A stretch of 64,000 nt of DNA from Longimicrobiales bacterium (GCA_965197725.1 CBDANQ010000061.1:1-64000), one strand, 5' to 3'. Numbered from the stretch's first letter, positions 21,811-32,303 are shown. Numbers and translations: made by a program. Notes: generated by a model from the letters alone, not told the origin.

Positions 21811-22590
21811 ATGCTACCTAAATCGCTCTTCGGCGCTCTTCTTGTGGCCGGGTGCGCCCTGCCGTCGACTCTCCCAGCGCAGGCCGACACCTTCCCCGCC
21901 GCGGACGGTGAGATCCTGATCACGCCCTTCGTCGGGGCCAGCGTGCAGGTCGAATACTTGGGCATGGTGATCCACCTGGACCCATGGGGACGCGCCGACT
22001 ATTCCGACGCCCAACTGGCGGACGTCATCCTGGTCACCGACACCTCTTCCGATCACCTCGATCCGGAGCTGATTCGCCAACTGCGGACACCGGGCACGAC
22101 GGTGATCGTGCCGGCAAGCCCCGAGGATGCTCGGGACGAGGGAGGAGCCAGGCGTCTCCGCCAGGTAGAAGGCGCCGACGTGATGAACAATGGCGAAAGG
22201 CTGGAGCTCGACCTCCGGAGGGGCAGCGCGCCCGACGTTACGATCGAATCCGTCGCGATGTACGATCTGATTCCGGGAGCGCCCTTCCACGCCCGCGGGG
22301 AGGGCAATGGTTACATCGTGACCCTGGGAGGCGTGCGGATCTACTTCTCGGGGGTGACCGAGTGCACGCCCGAAGTGCAGGCTGTCCAGGACCTGGACAT
22401 CGCGTTCATTCCGATGAACCTACCGAACGGCAGGATGCCGCCCGCCGCGGCGGCCGATTGCGTGAAGGGGCTCGATCCGAAAGTGGTGTACCCCTACCAC
22501 TACCGGGAGAGGCCGATCGATGAGTTCGTCGACGCGCTCCGCGATGGGCCGATCGAGGTCCGCATGCGCGACTGGTATCCGCCGAACTAG
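21811..22590 (+). CDS. MBL-fold metallo-hydrolase, exported, degenerate metal motif
   Basis: Signal peptide; ILVTDTSSDHLD in place of THxHxDH; GNGYIV, VYPYHY. Confidence 0.8.
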   Translation: MLPKSLFGALLVAGCALPSTLPAQADTFPAADGEILITPFVGASVQVEYLGMVIHLDPWGRADYSDAQLADVILVTDTSSDHLDPELIRQLRTPGTTVIVPASPEDARDEGGARRLRQVEGADVMNNGERLELDLRRGSAPDVTIESVAMYDLIPGAPFHARGEGNGYIVTLGGVRIYFSGVTECTPEVQAVQDLDIAFIPMNLPNGRMPPAAAADCVKGLDPKVVYPYHYRERPIDEFVDALRDGPIEVRMRDWYPPN

Positions 22591-22609
22591 ACGGCTTCCG
22601 CCGAACTAG
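22578..22609. repeat. 13-bp direct repeat TCCGCCGAACTAG x2
   Basis: Copies at 22578-22590 and 22597-22609, duplicating the end of the MBL gene. Confidence 0.7.
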
Positions 22610-22908
22610 GCGGCACGCAGGCGCCACTCACCGCTAGCCAGGTCCGTCTCGACGTCGTCGGGAGTCGGTCCCGTTGGCACACGCCTTGCGACCCTTTGCT
22701 CGTGTCCGATTGGCAGCGACCGGTGGATCGTGGGGCGTCTAGGATTACCGGACACACTCGGTTCCTTCTTGGCCGCCGGTACAGACTTCCGGCTCAATCG
22801 CCCGGTTGCGCCACCTATCCGTATGGGGATGACGGGCGTACCATTGGGAGGCTGGTCACAGGGTGATTCGACACCCCGCTTCCCCTCCTCTCCCCCTGGA
22901 GGTCCGCC

Positions 22909-23802
22909 ATGGCTAACAGACAAAAAGCGACTGACTTCCCCAAGGAGGTGCTGGCCCTCTTCGACGGGTACGTGCACGGGTTCATCGATCGGCGCGCCTT
23001 CGTGGAAGGCGCCGCGAAAGTCGTTGGAGGCGGCGCCGCGGCGGCGGCGGTCCTGGAGACCCTGCAGCCCCGCTACGCGTGGGCCGCGCAGGTTCCGGAG
23101 GGCGACGACCGCATCCAGGCAGAGTACGTCGAATACGAGTCTGCCAACGGTTCAGGCACGATGCGCGGGTACATGGCCGTGCCGGACGGGGCAACTGAGT
23201 CCAAGCCGGCGGTGCTGGTCATCCACGAGAACCGTGGACTCAACCCCTACATCGAGGACGTGGTACGCCGCTTCGCCGCGGCTGATTTCGTCGCGTTGGG
23301 TCCGGATGCGCTGACACCGCTCGGTGGGTATCCTGGAAACGACGACGATGGTCGTCAGATGCAGCGGCAGCTCGACCGAGACGTGATGATGGAGGACTGG
23401 GTCGCCGCGTTCGAGTTTCTGCGAACCCACTCCACTTCTACTAGCCGCGTCGGAGCGGTCGGGTTCTGCTACGGTGGCGGCGTGGTCAATCAGCTGGCGG
23501 TCCGCCTGCCGAACCTCGGCGCGGGCGCACCCTTCTACGGAGCGGCGCCCCCTACCGAGGATGTGCCACGGATCCAGGCGCCCCTACTCATCCACTATGC
23601 GGGGTTGGACGAACGCATCAACGGCCAGTGGCCCGAATACCAACAGGCGCTCGAGGCCAACGGCAAGACCTACACGATGCACATGTACGAGGGAGCGAAT
23701 CACGGCTTCCACAACGACACCACGCCTCGCTTCGACGAAGAGGCGGCTGCACTCGCGCAGAGGCGCACCATCGTCTTCTTCAACGAGCGCCTTCGAGACT
23801 GA
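22909..23802 (+). CDS. Dienelactone hydrolase family protein (YghX-like)
   Basis: YVHGFIDRRAF, IHENRGLNPYIEDV, GFCYGG, HGFHNDTTPR. Confidence 0.92.
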   Translation: MANRQKATDFPKEVLALFDGYVHGFIDRRAFVEGAAKVVGGGAAAAAVLETLQPRYAWAAQVPEGDDRIQAEYVEYESANGSGTMRGYMAVPDGATESKPAVLVIHENRGLNPYIEDVVRRFAAADFVALGPDALTPLGGYPGNDDDGRQMQRQLDRDVMMEDWVAAFEFLRTHSTSTSRVGAVGFCYGGGVVNQLAVRLPNLGAGAPFYGAAPPTEDVPRIQAPLLIHYAGLDERINGQWPEYQQALEANGKTYTMHMYEGANHGFHNDTTPRFDEEAAALAQRRTIVFFNERLRD

Positions 23803-23960
23803 GTTTTTTTCCCTGGCTGTGGTGCAGTCGCCAAGGGACTCCATTCACGAGACTCACACGGACAGAAAAGGGCGACGAATCGACCGTACCAAATGGAGAG
23901 TGACAGCAGCCCGTCCCGGGTGAGTATTGAAAAACCAGTGCGCTTTTCGTGACGGTGAAG

Positions 23961-24407
23961 ATGATGGCGGATTCAAAACAATATTGGGTTTTGGTCGTAG
24001 AGGACGACCCAGAGCACATCACGCTGCTCGAGGCTGTCTTCGCGTACCGCGACGAGGAGGCGCACGTCACGGTGACCAGGAGCGCGGAAGAGGCGATCGC
24101 CTACCTCATGGGGCCGTGGCAGGAATCAGACTTCGAGGGCGGAGAGCTGCCGGACGTCATAGTGCTCGACATCAACATGCCCGGGATGGGCGGGCTCGGG
24201 TTCCTCAAGTGGTACCATGAGCAGCCGAAGATCGCCCATGTCCCGGTAGTCGTCTTCACTTCCACTGGAGGGCCGGAGCTAGAGCGGCGTTCCCTCGCAC
24301 TCGGGGCCAGGGAGTTCATGGTGAAGCCGACGGACTTCCGTAAACTCCTGCCAGTGGTTCGGCGAGCACTCGATCGGTGGGTCGGCCAGCGAGCGAACTC
24401 GGTCTAG
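23961..24407 (+). CDS. Single-domain response regulator (Rcp1-like receiver)
   Basis: LVVEDD, LDINMPGMGG, VVFTS, VKP. Confidence 0.9.
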   Translation: MMADSKQYWVLVVEDDPEHITLLEAVFAYRDEEAHVTVTRSAEEAIAYLMGPWQESDFEGGELPDVIVLDINMPGMGGLGFLKWYHEQPKIAHVPVVVFTSTGGPELERRSLALGAREFMVKPTDFRKLLPVVRRALDRWVGQRANSV

Positions 24408-24680
24408 CGACTCTCCATGTGATCTCGTAACTCAAGGCTCCGGAGGCAGTAGCCTTCTTGGAGGAGCAGGCTCCGGGCCTCGGCCGCGACCTTTTCGAAG
24501 AGGTCGCTTGGGGTCTACCCGCGGGGCGGATCGCCGTCCCGAGCGTACCGTTACGCGGCATACGCACCGCGGCCCAGGTCGCTAGACACTCCTCGCAGAC
24601 CGGCACGTCGAGCATCTCGTGGTGTGTCTCGTAGGTCCCCAGAACTCGCGGTTTGCCGATCTGCGCCGCATCTTGAGCGC

Positions 24681-25553
24681 ATGAGCGACTCCGATCCCAT
24701 CACCCGCCCGAACACAGCCCTGGAGGGTCGCTACCGCATCGAGCGTGAGCTAGGTGAAGGCGGCATGGGCACGGTCTACCGGGCCGACGACCAGAGGCAC
24801 GAACGCAAGGTGGGGAGGAAACTGCTTGTTGCCGTCGCAGCTGCTCTGAACGCGTCGTGCGGTCCGGCGCCGCCGGATCAGGCCAGTGCGTCCACCCCGT
24901 CACGCCAGCAAATCGACTTCGAGCGGGCGCGGCGCCAGATGGTAGAAGAACAGATCGAGGCGCGCGGAGTCACTGACCCCCGGGTTCTTGAGGTGATGCA
25001 GAGGGTCCCCCGCCACGAGTACCTTCCTGCCGAGTATCGAGCCCGCGCCTACAGTAATAGACCCCTTCCGATCGGGCTCGATCAGACGATCTCACAGCCC
25101 TACATCGTCGCCCTGATGACCGAACTCATCCAGCCGGAACCGGACGACCGCTTACTGGAGATCGGAACGGGTTCCGGATACCAGGCAGCCGTTGCGGCTG
25201 AATTGGTCTCAGAGGTCTACAGTATTGAGATCATTCCGGAGCTGGCGCACTCAGCGGCCGAGCGACTCGACCGACTTGGAGTTCCGAACGTGTTTGCCCG
25301 TGCCGGTGACGGGTACCTCGGATGGCCTGAACAGAGCCCGTTCGACGAAATCCTTGTCACGGCGGGGGCCGAGCACATCCCCGAGCCGCTGGTGGAACAG
25401 TTGAAGCCTGGCGCTCAGATGATCATCCCCGTGGGTGACCGGTCCTCCTTCCACATCTTGAAAATGGTTGAGAAGCTGCCCGGAGGTGAGGTCGAGATAC
25501 GTGACATCACTCCGGTCCGGTTCGTTCCGTTGCGCCGGAACGAGCAGGATTAG
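24681..25553 (+). CDS. pcm: Protein-L-isoaspartate O-methyltransferase with an N-terminal Ser/Thr kinase fragment
   Basis: VPRHEY, QTISQPYIVALM, LEIGTGSGYQAA, VRFVPL; first ~44 aa read as kinase subdomain I (RYRIERELGEGGMGTVY). Confidence 0.88.
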   Translation: MSDSDPITRPNTALEGRYRIERELGEGGMGTVYRADDQRHERKVGRKLLVAVAAALNASCGPAPPDQASASTPSRQQIDFERARRQMVEEQIEARGVTDPRVLEVMQRVPRHEYLPAEYRARAYSNRPLPIGLDQTISQPYIVALMTELIQPEPDDRLLEIGTGSGYQAAVAAELVSEVYSIEIIPELAHSAAERLDRLGVPNVFARAGDGYLGWPEQSPFDEILVTAGAEHIPEPLVEQLKPGAQMIIPVGDRSSFHILKMVEKLPGGEVEIRDITPVRFVPLRRNEQD

Positions 25554-25623
25554 ACCCGCGCGGTTGTCGACCACTACCTTGGAGAGGTTCGGTAATGGCG
25601 CCTCTTGACCTGAGGACATCCCG

Positions 25624-25692
25624 ATGTCAGATCCCACCTCCCGCCGGAACGCAGCCCTAAAGGGCCGCCACACATCGAGCGGCCGAGCTTAG
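25624..25692 (+). pseudogene. Degenerate Ser/Thr kinase 5' remnant
   Basis: RBS GAGGA then MSDPTSRRNAALKGRHT..., paralleling the kinase head at 24681; early stop. Confidence 0.55.
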
Positions 25693-26168
25693 GCGCTTAG
25701 GGCGCCTCTTATCGTTTCATCCACCCCTGCGGCACGGTCGCGGAGGGGTTCCGGGTAGTGGGGTCGCCGAGATCGGGATATGGGACCCAGACATTAGCGT
25801 TGCCGTAACTGCACAATCACTTCACGGCGCTCTGAGACATCAACGATTCTGCGGGTTCTTGGTGGAGCAAGGGATTCATCATCCCCTTTGACAAGTACCC
25901 GGTGCGTGCGATCGCCGTGAGCGGGCGGCTCGCGCTGGGACTGCCGTTGGTGTTGCTGTAGGGCAGAGTTGGCCTGCGGGTGCTGATTACCCTCGCATCA
26001 CCTCGCGAAACGAGTCTGTGCAGCGTATGGTGAAACCCTGAACCAATGGGGCCTTTCGGTCCCGCCGCCGCTGTAGACGCCCCTAAGGACGCCCGCCCCG
26101 ACGACGAGACCGTTCATCGTCCCCCTCGGAAAACGGTAGCCAAGGGCAGGCACCGATGAACGATCAAG

Positions 26169-27625
26169 GATGGTGTCCCGCTGACAGTTGAAGGTGGTGG
26201 CGCCGGAGAGTCTCTTGGTTAGCCTGTCTTTCTCATTTCGGCAACCGGTTCATGGTCGTCGAGGTGGGCCCTGAGCATCCAGAGCTGGTCGTAGCCGATG
26301 ATCCTCCGGTAGCTCTTCTCGGTTTCCACGAACGAGGCCGCAGCCCAGCGCAAGGCCATCGCTCCGTTCTTCCAGTTAGTCACCCTGCGGGTCTTCCGTC
26401 TTACGCCCGAGTGGGTGCTGTCGATCAGGTTGGTCGAGCCCAGGCACTTCCTCAGCCGCGGTGGGAGGCCGAGCCGGTTTATGGTGAACATCTCGCTGAG
26501 GCCTTCGCGCAGGCTGGCTGCGGCCGAGGGGTGGTCGCGCTCGAGCCATCGGGCGAGCTGCTCGAGCTTCTGCTCGCCCTGCTTCGCGTCCAGCTTCATC
26601 GCCGCCCGGAACGCCGCCTTCACCTGAGGATGCTGATCCTTCGGCAGATGACCCAGCACGTTGCGGAGCTTGTGGTTGCGGCAGCGCTGGATGGGGTGAC
26701 GTTGGCCGAACACCTTCTCGATCGCCTTCCTGAGCGCTTTCGAGCCATCGATCACGAACAGCCGCCGCCTGCCCGGGTCCAGGCCGCGCTCGACCAGATC
26801 CTCTAGGAGCGCGCTGGTCACCTCGGCGTTCTCACTCGCTCCTTCCCTCACGCCCAGCACGTGCTTCTTTCCGTCTGAGTCCACGCCTACCGCAGCAAGC
26901 ACGTGGTGCGAGCCCATCTGGATCCCGTCCAGGTAGATCACCAGGAGGTCCCACGCATCCAGCCGGCGCTCCATCAGCTCCTTCAGCACGCGCTCCGAGG
27001 CCTCGACCGTCTCACGGCTCACCGCCGACTTGCTCACCCCGACCGTGTCGGCCATCTCACCGATCACACGGCCGTACTTCCGCGTGCTCACCCCCGCCAT
27101 CAGGACCTCGAGCATCCGATCCGCCACGGCGCCCGGTCTCCGCATCGCTGCGTACGCCGGCACCTCGACCTCGCCACCCTCCCCGGCGCCCCGGCGCCTG
27201 AGCCGTGGCCGCTCCACACGCACCTTCCGGTCCGACAGGTAAACCACACCACCCTGCCGGCCATACCACACCGTGTCGTCTTCCGCTCGTGACCGACCTG
27301 CCTGCTTCACGCCTGCCACACCCTCGGCGCTCATCTCCAGCACCGCTTCGATCGTCGCTCGTCCCATCACCTGGATGACTTCGTCGATCGCGACCTCCGT
27401 CTGCTCCACGAGCTCAAGCATCGGAAGCAGAAACTGCCCCTCCCGCTTCAGGAACTCCCTGATCGCGCGCTTGTCCGCCCGATCCCTTACCTCGTACGTT
27501 CTCTTCATCGTGGTGGCTCCGTGTTGGGGTTTTTGCCTACCCGAGCCTATCGGCCCGGGACCCCCGGAGCCACCACTTTTCTTTCTCCCCTATCAGGGAC
27601 CTTCAACTACGGTTGGGACAGCTTC
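26169..27625 (-). mobile_element. IS256-family insertion sequence, complete
   Basis: Imperfect TIRs GATGGTGTCCCGCTGACAGTTGAAGG / GAAGCTGTCCCAACCGTAGTTGAAGG; 8-bp TSD CGATCAAG at 26161-26168 and 27626-27633. Confidence 0.95.
26219..27508 (-). CDS. IS256-family transposase
   Basis: GVSTRK, IYLDG, GKKHVLG, IDGSKAL, QRCRNHK, STNLIDS. The last motif has Asp where Glu is usual; the second copy has the same residue. Confidence 0.95.
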   Translation of the reverse strand: MKRTYEVRDRADKRAIREFLKREGQFLLPMLELVEQTEVAIDEVIQVMGRATIEAVLEMSAEGVAGVKQAGRSRAEDDTVWYGRQGGVVYLSDRKVRVERPRLRRRGAGEGGEVEVPAYAAMRRPGAVADRMLEVLMAGVSTRKYGRVIGEMADTVGVSKSAVSRETVEASERVLKELMERRLDAWDLLVIYLDGIQMGSHHVLAAVGVDSDGKKHVLGVREGASENAEVTSALLEDLVERGLDPGRRRLFVIDGSKALRKAIEKVFGQRHPIQRCRNHKLRNVLGHLPKDQHPQVKAAFRAAMKLDAKQGEQKLEQLARWLERDHPSAAASLREGLSEMFTINRLGLPPRLRKCLGSTNLIDSTHSGVRRKTRRVTNWKNGAMALRWAAASFVETEKSYRRIIGYDQLWMLRAHLDDHEPVAEMRKTG

Positions 27626-28752
27626 CGATCAAGTAAGGTATCTCGCATTGCTCTGGTGTTTCGCACTACCGCTCGTGGCCACCGCGTGCGGGGCTGAATC
27701 GCCGACCGGAGGAGCTGTGGTTGACGTAGTTGAGCTAGTTGAGGGGAGTCTCCTAAGTGTCGCTGGGGACGGACAGGTGGGAAGCCTCGGCCATCCTCTC
27801 TCTGACTCTCTCATCGTTAAAGTGGCCGATCCGTCCGGCGACGGGTTGCCGGGCGTGACGGTCGAGTGGTCGGTGGGGGTAAGGGTCGCCACTGTGACGG
27901 ACTCAGATGGTCTGGCGAAGGTGCTATGGACGCTGGCGCAGTTTACGGTGGGCCCACAGACGGCGACCCGACAGGTGGCAACGGCGTCTGCGTCTGTGAG
28001 TGGGGTTAGCTCGCTCAGTTTCACGGCCACCACTCCGTCGCTGGTGCCCCTTACAGACATGGGTGCCTCCACCTACTTCGGCTTCTCAGGCGGTCTTTAC
28101 CCCGGCGGCAACGTCATGCCGCAAGCGCACGCCGACGCCCGCCAGGCGTTTGCGGCTGCCGTTGAGCCACTCGACAGAAACGGCAATCCTAGCCCGAGCG
28201 GCAAATACGTCCTGCTCGCCATCGGACACTCGATTACCGCGCCAATCTTTTGTAACATAGATCCGGGTCATGTTTGCGCCCCCTATTCTTTCATAGGTCA
28301 GGCCATGGCGGACCCTGATGTCGATAGGACGAATCTCGCGATCGTCAGGGTCGAGTGCTGCCCCCGCGCGGAGGAGTTGGAGAACCCCGACTTCTCGGGA
28401 TACGACAGAACCCGCGACCGGTTGAGCACTCTGGGGCTACGCGAACAGCAGGTGCAGGTCGTGTGGTCGCAACTCTACACCTCGGTGACGACCCTCGAAC
28501 TGCCTGACCCTCGTGCCCGGGCCTATGTCCTAACGAGACAGGCGGGTACCGTCGTGCGAGCGTTCAGAAGCCTCTATCCCAACCTGAGGCTCGTATTCTT
28601 CACAAGCAGGGTCTACGGGGGGTACAGTGAGCGGCCGCTTGACACCGGAGAGCCGGCTGGCTACGAGAACGGCTTTTCGGTGAAGTGGTTAATCCAGGCA
28701 CAGATCGACCAGATGGCCAGCGGGGGCACAATCGTCGATGTGCGAGCGGGTG

Positions 28753-29060
28753 GAAGGTGTCCCCGGCTCAGTTGAAGGTGGTGACTCCGAGGCTTTCGTG
28801 ATTAACCTGCCATCTTCATTTCGGCAACCGGCTCGCGGTCATCGAGGTGAGCTTTGAGCATCCAGAGTTGGTCGAAGCCGACGATGCGTCGGTAGTTCTT
28901 CTCGGTCTCGACGAAGGAGGCAGCGGCCCATCTCAGTGCCATCGCTCCGTTCTTCCAGTTCGTCACCCTATAGGTCTTCTGCCTCACGCCTGCGTGGGTG
29001 CTGTCGATCAGGTTCGTGGTGCCGAGGCACTTCCTCAGCCGAGGCGGTAGCCCAAGCCGG
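28753..29060 (-). mobile_element. Truncated divergent IS256 copy (3' end only)
   Basis: TIR GAAGGTGTCCCCGGCTCAGTTGAAGG; encodes RVTNWKNGAMALRWAAASFVETEK..., similar but not identical to the first copy; ends at the next IS. Confidence 0.9.
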
Positions 29061-30531
29061 TCGCTGTTGTGTTAAATCAGGAGGACACGAGGGTTTTTGC
29101 AGCGAGGACGGCGATGGCGGTAGGCAAGCGGCCCGAGGCTCGGCAGGGCGAGATGTTCGTGGTGGCGAGCGAGATTCGGGCCTTGGACAACCCGTTCTAC
29201 TGGGCCTTGAACGAGCTTCTGGCGAAAAGCGGGTTTGACGAGTTCGCGGAAGAGGCATGCCGTGAGTGCTACGCGGACAATCGGGGTCGGCCGGGGATTG
29301 CTCCCGGGGTGTATTTCCGAATGATGATGGTGGGCTACCTGGAAGGGATCGGCTCGGAGCGGGGCATTGCCTGGCGGTGTGGGGACTCGTTGTCGTTGCG
29401 TGAGTTTCTGGGATACGGGTGGGCGAAGAACCCGCCGGAGCATTCGACCCTGTCGAAGACGCGCAAGCGCCTGAGCGTGGAAGCGCACGCGGCGGTGTTC
29501 GGGCGGGTGCTGGAGCTGCTGAAGGGGTCGGGGTTGCTGAGCGGCAAGACGCTGGGCGTCGACTCGACGACGCTGGAGGCGAATGCGGCGATGCGCACGA
29601 TCGTGCGGCGCGACGACGGGTTGGGCTACGATGAATGGCTGCAGCAGGTGGCCCGGGCGTCGGGGATCGAGACGCCGACGCGCAAGGATCTGACGACGCT
29701 GGACCGGAAGCGTCCGAAGAAGGGCTCGAACAAGGACTGGGTGCATCCGCACGACCCGGAGGCGCGGATCACGAAGATGAAGGACGGCAGGACGCGCCTG
29801 GCGCACAAGTTGGAGCAGGCGGTCGACATGGAGACCGGTGCGCTTGTGGCGGTGACGGTGCAGACGATGGACGGGGGAGATGTGGCGTCGCTGCCCAACA
29901 CGCTGGACGAGGCAGAGCGGCAGCTGGAAGTAGTGCAGGTAGAGCCCGAGGAAGTGGTGGCCGACAAAGGCTACCACTCGAACAAGACCATGACGGGCGT
30001 GAAGGAGCGGGAGCTGCGCAGCTATGTGAGCGAGCCCAACCGCGGGCGCCGGAAATGGAAGAACAACCGGGACGCGCAGACGCCGACCTACGACAACCGC
30101 CGCCGGATCCGCGGCAACCGGGGGATGCGGCTGCTGCGCCAGCGCGGCGAGAAGGTGGAGCGGGGGTTTGCGCACTTGCTTGTGACCGGAGGGCTGCGTC
30201 GCGTCCACATACGGGGCCAGGAGGAGATTCGAAAACGGATGTTGATCCACGCGGCGGCCTTCAACCTCGGCCTTCTCATGCGCAAGCGGTTCGGGGTTGG
30301 AACCCCCCGTGCGTTACAGGGCCTCGCTACCGTACCAGCTGCGCTCGCAACTCAGGTTACAACCCGCGTCTCGCGCTTTTTCCGCCGTATTCGGCGCTAT
30401 TTCGCCTTCCTTGGGCCGAATATCGCCTCGTCAGACCCCAAAACCCGCTTCTTGCACAACAACACAGCCCCCGCGTGTCTGCCTTCTCTCCCACCCATCA
30501 TCCGCTGGGAACCTATTTCTTCCACGGACTG
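29061..30531 (+). mobile_element. IS1182/IS5-like insertion sequence copy 1, left TIR missing
   Basis: Near-identical to the reverse complement of 34890-36368; right end TTTCTTCCACGGACTG followed by CTAG. Confidence 0.9.
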
Positions 30532-30535
30532 CTAG
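29114..30535 (+). CDS. DDE transposase (DUF772 + DDE, IS1182/IS5-like)
   Basis: GRPGIAP, PEHSTLS, GVDSTTLEANA, VADKGY, VERGFAH. Confidence 0.92.
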   Translation: MAVGKRPEARQGEMFVVASEIRALDNPFYWALNELLAKSGFDEFAEEACRECYADNRGRPGIAPGVYFRMMMVGYLEGIGSERGIAWRCGDSLSLREFLGYGWAKNPPEHSTLSKTRKRLSVEAHAAVFGRVLELLKGSGLLSGKTLGVDSTTLEANAAMRTIVRRDDGLGYDEWLQQVARASGIETPTRKDLTTLDRKRPKKGSNKDWVHPHDPEARITKMKDGRTRLAHKLEQAVDMETGALVAVTVQTMDGGDVASLPNTLDEAERQLEVVQVEPEEVVADKGYHSNKTMTGVKERELRSYVSEPNRGRRKWKNNRDAQTPTYDNRRRIRGNRGMRLLRQRGEKVERGFAHLLVTGGLRRVHIRGQEEIRKRMLIHAAAFNLGLLMRKRFGVGTPRALQGLATVPAALATQVTTRVSRFFRRIRRYFAFLGPNIASSDPKTRFLHNNTAPACLPSLPPIIRWEPISSTDC

Positions 30536-30604
30536 CTAGTGAGTTGACGAAGCCGAAAAACAACGACAACGATCCGCCGGGCGTTCACCTGGTGCCACAA
30601 AAAG

Positions 30605-30825
30605 ATGGTAGGCCGCGACCATAACCCCGGTGCCATGAGGGCTTGGATGGCCGGCGCGGGAATCCGTGGCGGCCAGGTCATCGGCTCGACCGACGAATTC
30701 GGCTACAAGGCTCTGGAGCAGCCGATCTCGACGCACGACCTGCACGCGACCATGCTACACCTGCTGGGCATGGACCACACGCAGCTGACCTATCGATTCA
30801 GTGGCCGCGACATGCGGCTCACGGA
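30605..30825 (+). pseudogene. C-terminal remnant of a DUF1501 family protein
   Basis: GRDHNP...WMAGAGIRGGQVIGSTDEFG...HDLHATMLHLLGMDHTQLTYRFSGRDMRLT; 5' part absent next to the IS. Confidence 0.8.
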
Positions 30826-31039
30826 GCCGGCGCGGCCTTCGGGATTTCCTATCCCTTGCCGCGACTCTTCGTACGCGACGGCGACCTCACACGCTTGTAG
30901 GTGCCCCGGAAGAGCTGGCACAATCGCGAGAGGCAGTGAGTGCACGTCCGGCCAGTTGCTGGTCAGTTGGCACGTGGCGATATCCGCTGTACTCTTCCTG
31001 CCTGGTTCCGGAAACTCCCTTTGGACCCGGTGACGAACA

Positions 31040-32260
31040 ATGAGCCGATCCCACGGTTGGAAGCGCGCGGTCGTCGCAACATCGATTTTGGTATTCGCCG
31101 CGTCGGCATGCGCGGTGGACGACGGCGACATGACGTCCTCGATGCAGAGCATGTCCATGCCGGCGGACGCGTCGGGACCCCAGGTGCCGGAGGGCGTGGC
31201 GCAGTTTGCGGTCGACCCGTTCTGGCCCAAGCCCCTTCCCAACAACTGGATCATCGGGCAGGTCGCCGGCAACTCAGTAGACAGCGACGACAACCTCTGG
31301 ATCATCCACAGGCCGTGGACCGTGCAGCGTACGAACGCCGGCTCGACCCCGTTGCAGACCACGCGGGACCAGTCGTGGGGCCACGATCCGCTCCAGGCGC
31401 TCTGCTGCACCACGGCGCCACCTGTGTTGGCGTTCGACCCCGAAGGGAACGTGATCCACGCCTGGGGCGGCGATAGTCCCACCGGGGAATACCAGTGGTT
31501 CAACAGCGAGCACGGAATCCACGTGGACTACCAGGGATTCGTGTGGGTCGCCGGGAACGGCGGCGACGACCATCACCTCATGAAGTTCACGCAGGACGGC
31601 GAGCTGGTCCTCAAGATCGGGGACGTCGGTGTGAGCCAGGGCAGCGACGACCCGAACTCGGTCAACCGGGCCGCTACCATGGAGGTGGACCCCGCGACGG
31701 ACGAGCTCTACGTAGCGGATGGCTACGGCAATCGGAGGCTGGTCGTCTTCGATGCGGAGACCGGCAAGTACCTGCGACACTGGGGAGCCTATGGCAAGCC
31801 TCCCGTTGATGAGAACCCGGGCCCATGGGACCCGAACGCTCCCCCAAGCCGTACGTGGCGTACACCAGTCCACGGACTGGCCCTCTCCACGGACGGGCGA
31901 GTCTACGTGAGCGACCGTCCCAGCAACCGCTTCCAGGTCTTTGAGTCGGACGGGACCTACATCATGGAGAACGTTCTCGCTCCAGATACATACGGGCCCG
32001 GATCCACCTGGGGCGCCGAGTTCGACCCGCTCGACACCGAGCAACGGTTCCTTTACGTGCCCGACGGCACCAACAACAAGGTGTGGGCCCTGGATAGGGC
32101 GACGCTCGAGCCCGTGTACTCGTGGGGTTCGGCCGGGCGCCAGCCGGGCCAGTTCGATTGGCTCCACTACATGGCGTTCGATTCCCAGGGGAATCTCTAC
32201 ACCGGCTCGGTGCAGACCGGCCACCGGATCCAGAAGTTCGTGCGTCTAAACGGCAACTAG
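31040..32260 (+). CDS. NHL-repeat beta-propeller lipoprotein (peptidyl-alpha-hydroxyglycine lyase-like)
   Basis: Lipobox ASAC; VDPFWPKPLP, EHGIHVD, YVADGYGNRR, YVSDRPSNRFQVF. Confidence 0.85.
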   Translation: MSRSHGWKRAVVATSILVFAASACAVDDGDMTSSMQSMSMPADASGPQVPEGVAQFAVDPFWPKPLPNNWIIGQVAGNSVDSDDNLWIIHRPWTVQRTNAGSTPLQTTRDQSWGHDPLQALCCTTAPPVLAFDPEGNVIHAWGGDSPTGEYQWFNSEHGIHVDYQGFVWVAGNGGDDHHLMKFTQDGELVLKIGDVGVSQGSDDPNSVNRAATMEVDPATDELYVADGYGNRRLVVFDAETGKYLRHWGAYGKPPVDENPGPWDPNAPPSRTWRTPVHGLALSTDGRVYVSDRPSNRFQVFESDGTYIMENVLAPDTYGPGSTWGAEFDPLDTEQRFLYVPDGTNNKVWALDRATLEPVYSWGSAGRQPGQFDWLHYMAFDSQGNLYTGSVQTGHRIQKFVRLNGN

Positions 32261-32303
32261 GCGTTTTCGAGTTTACTCTCTTACGTCGGATCAGTCCCCT
32301 CGG

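Larger units (their letters stand above)
26156..28752 (+). pseudogene. Lipoprotein with Ig-like domain, interrupted by IS256 after codon 4 and cut at the 3' end by a second IS256
   Basis: Removing the IS and one TSD restores ATG AAC GAT CAA GTA AGG = MNDQVRYLALLWCFALPLVATAC; GLPGVTVEWSV...TDSDGLA is Big-1-like. Confidence 0.8.

Noticed and set aside
25695..26150. Non-coding gap before IS256
   Set aside because: No ORF, repeat or structure I can support; probably decayed sequence plus a promoter.
27273..28775. 500-aa ORF as an intact gene
   Set aside because: Its first ~118 codons lie inside IS256 on the antisense strand; the true start is at 26156, across the insertion.
26169..29060. IS256 composite transposon carrying the lipoprotein gene
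   Set aside because: The first IS has its own TSD on both sides, and the second is divergent and truncated, so these are independent insertions.
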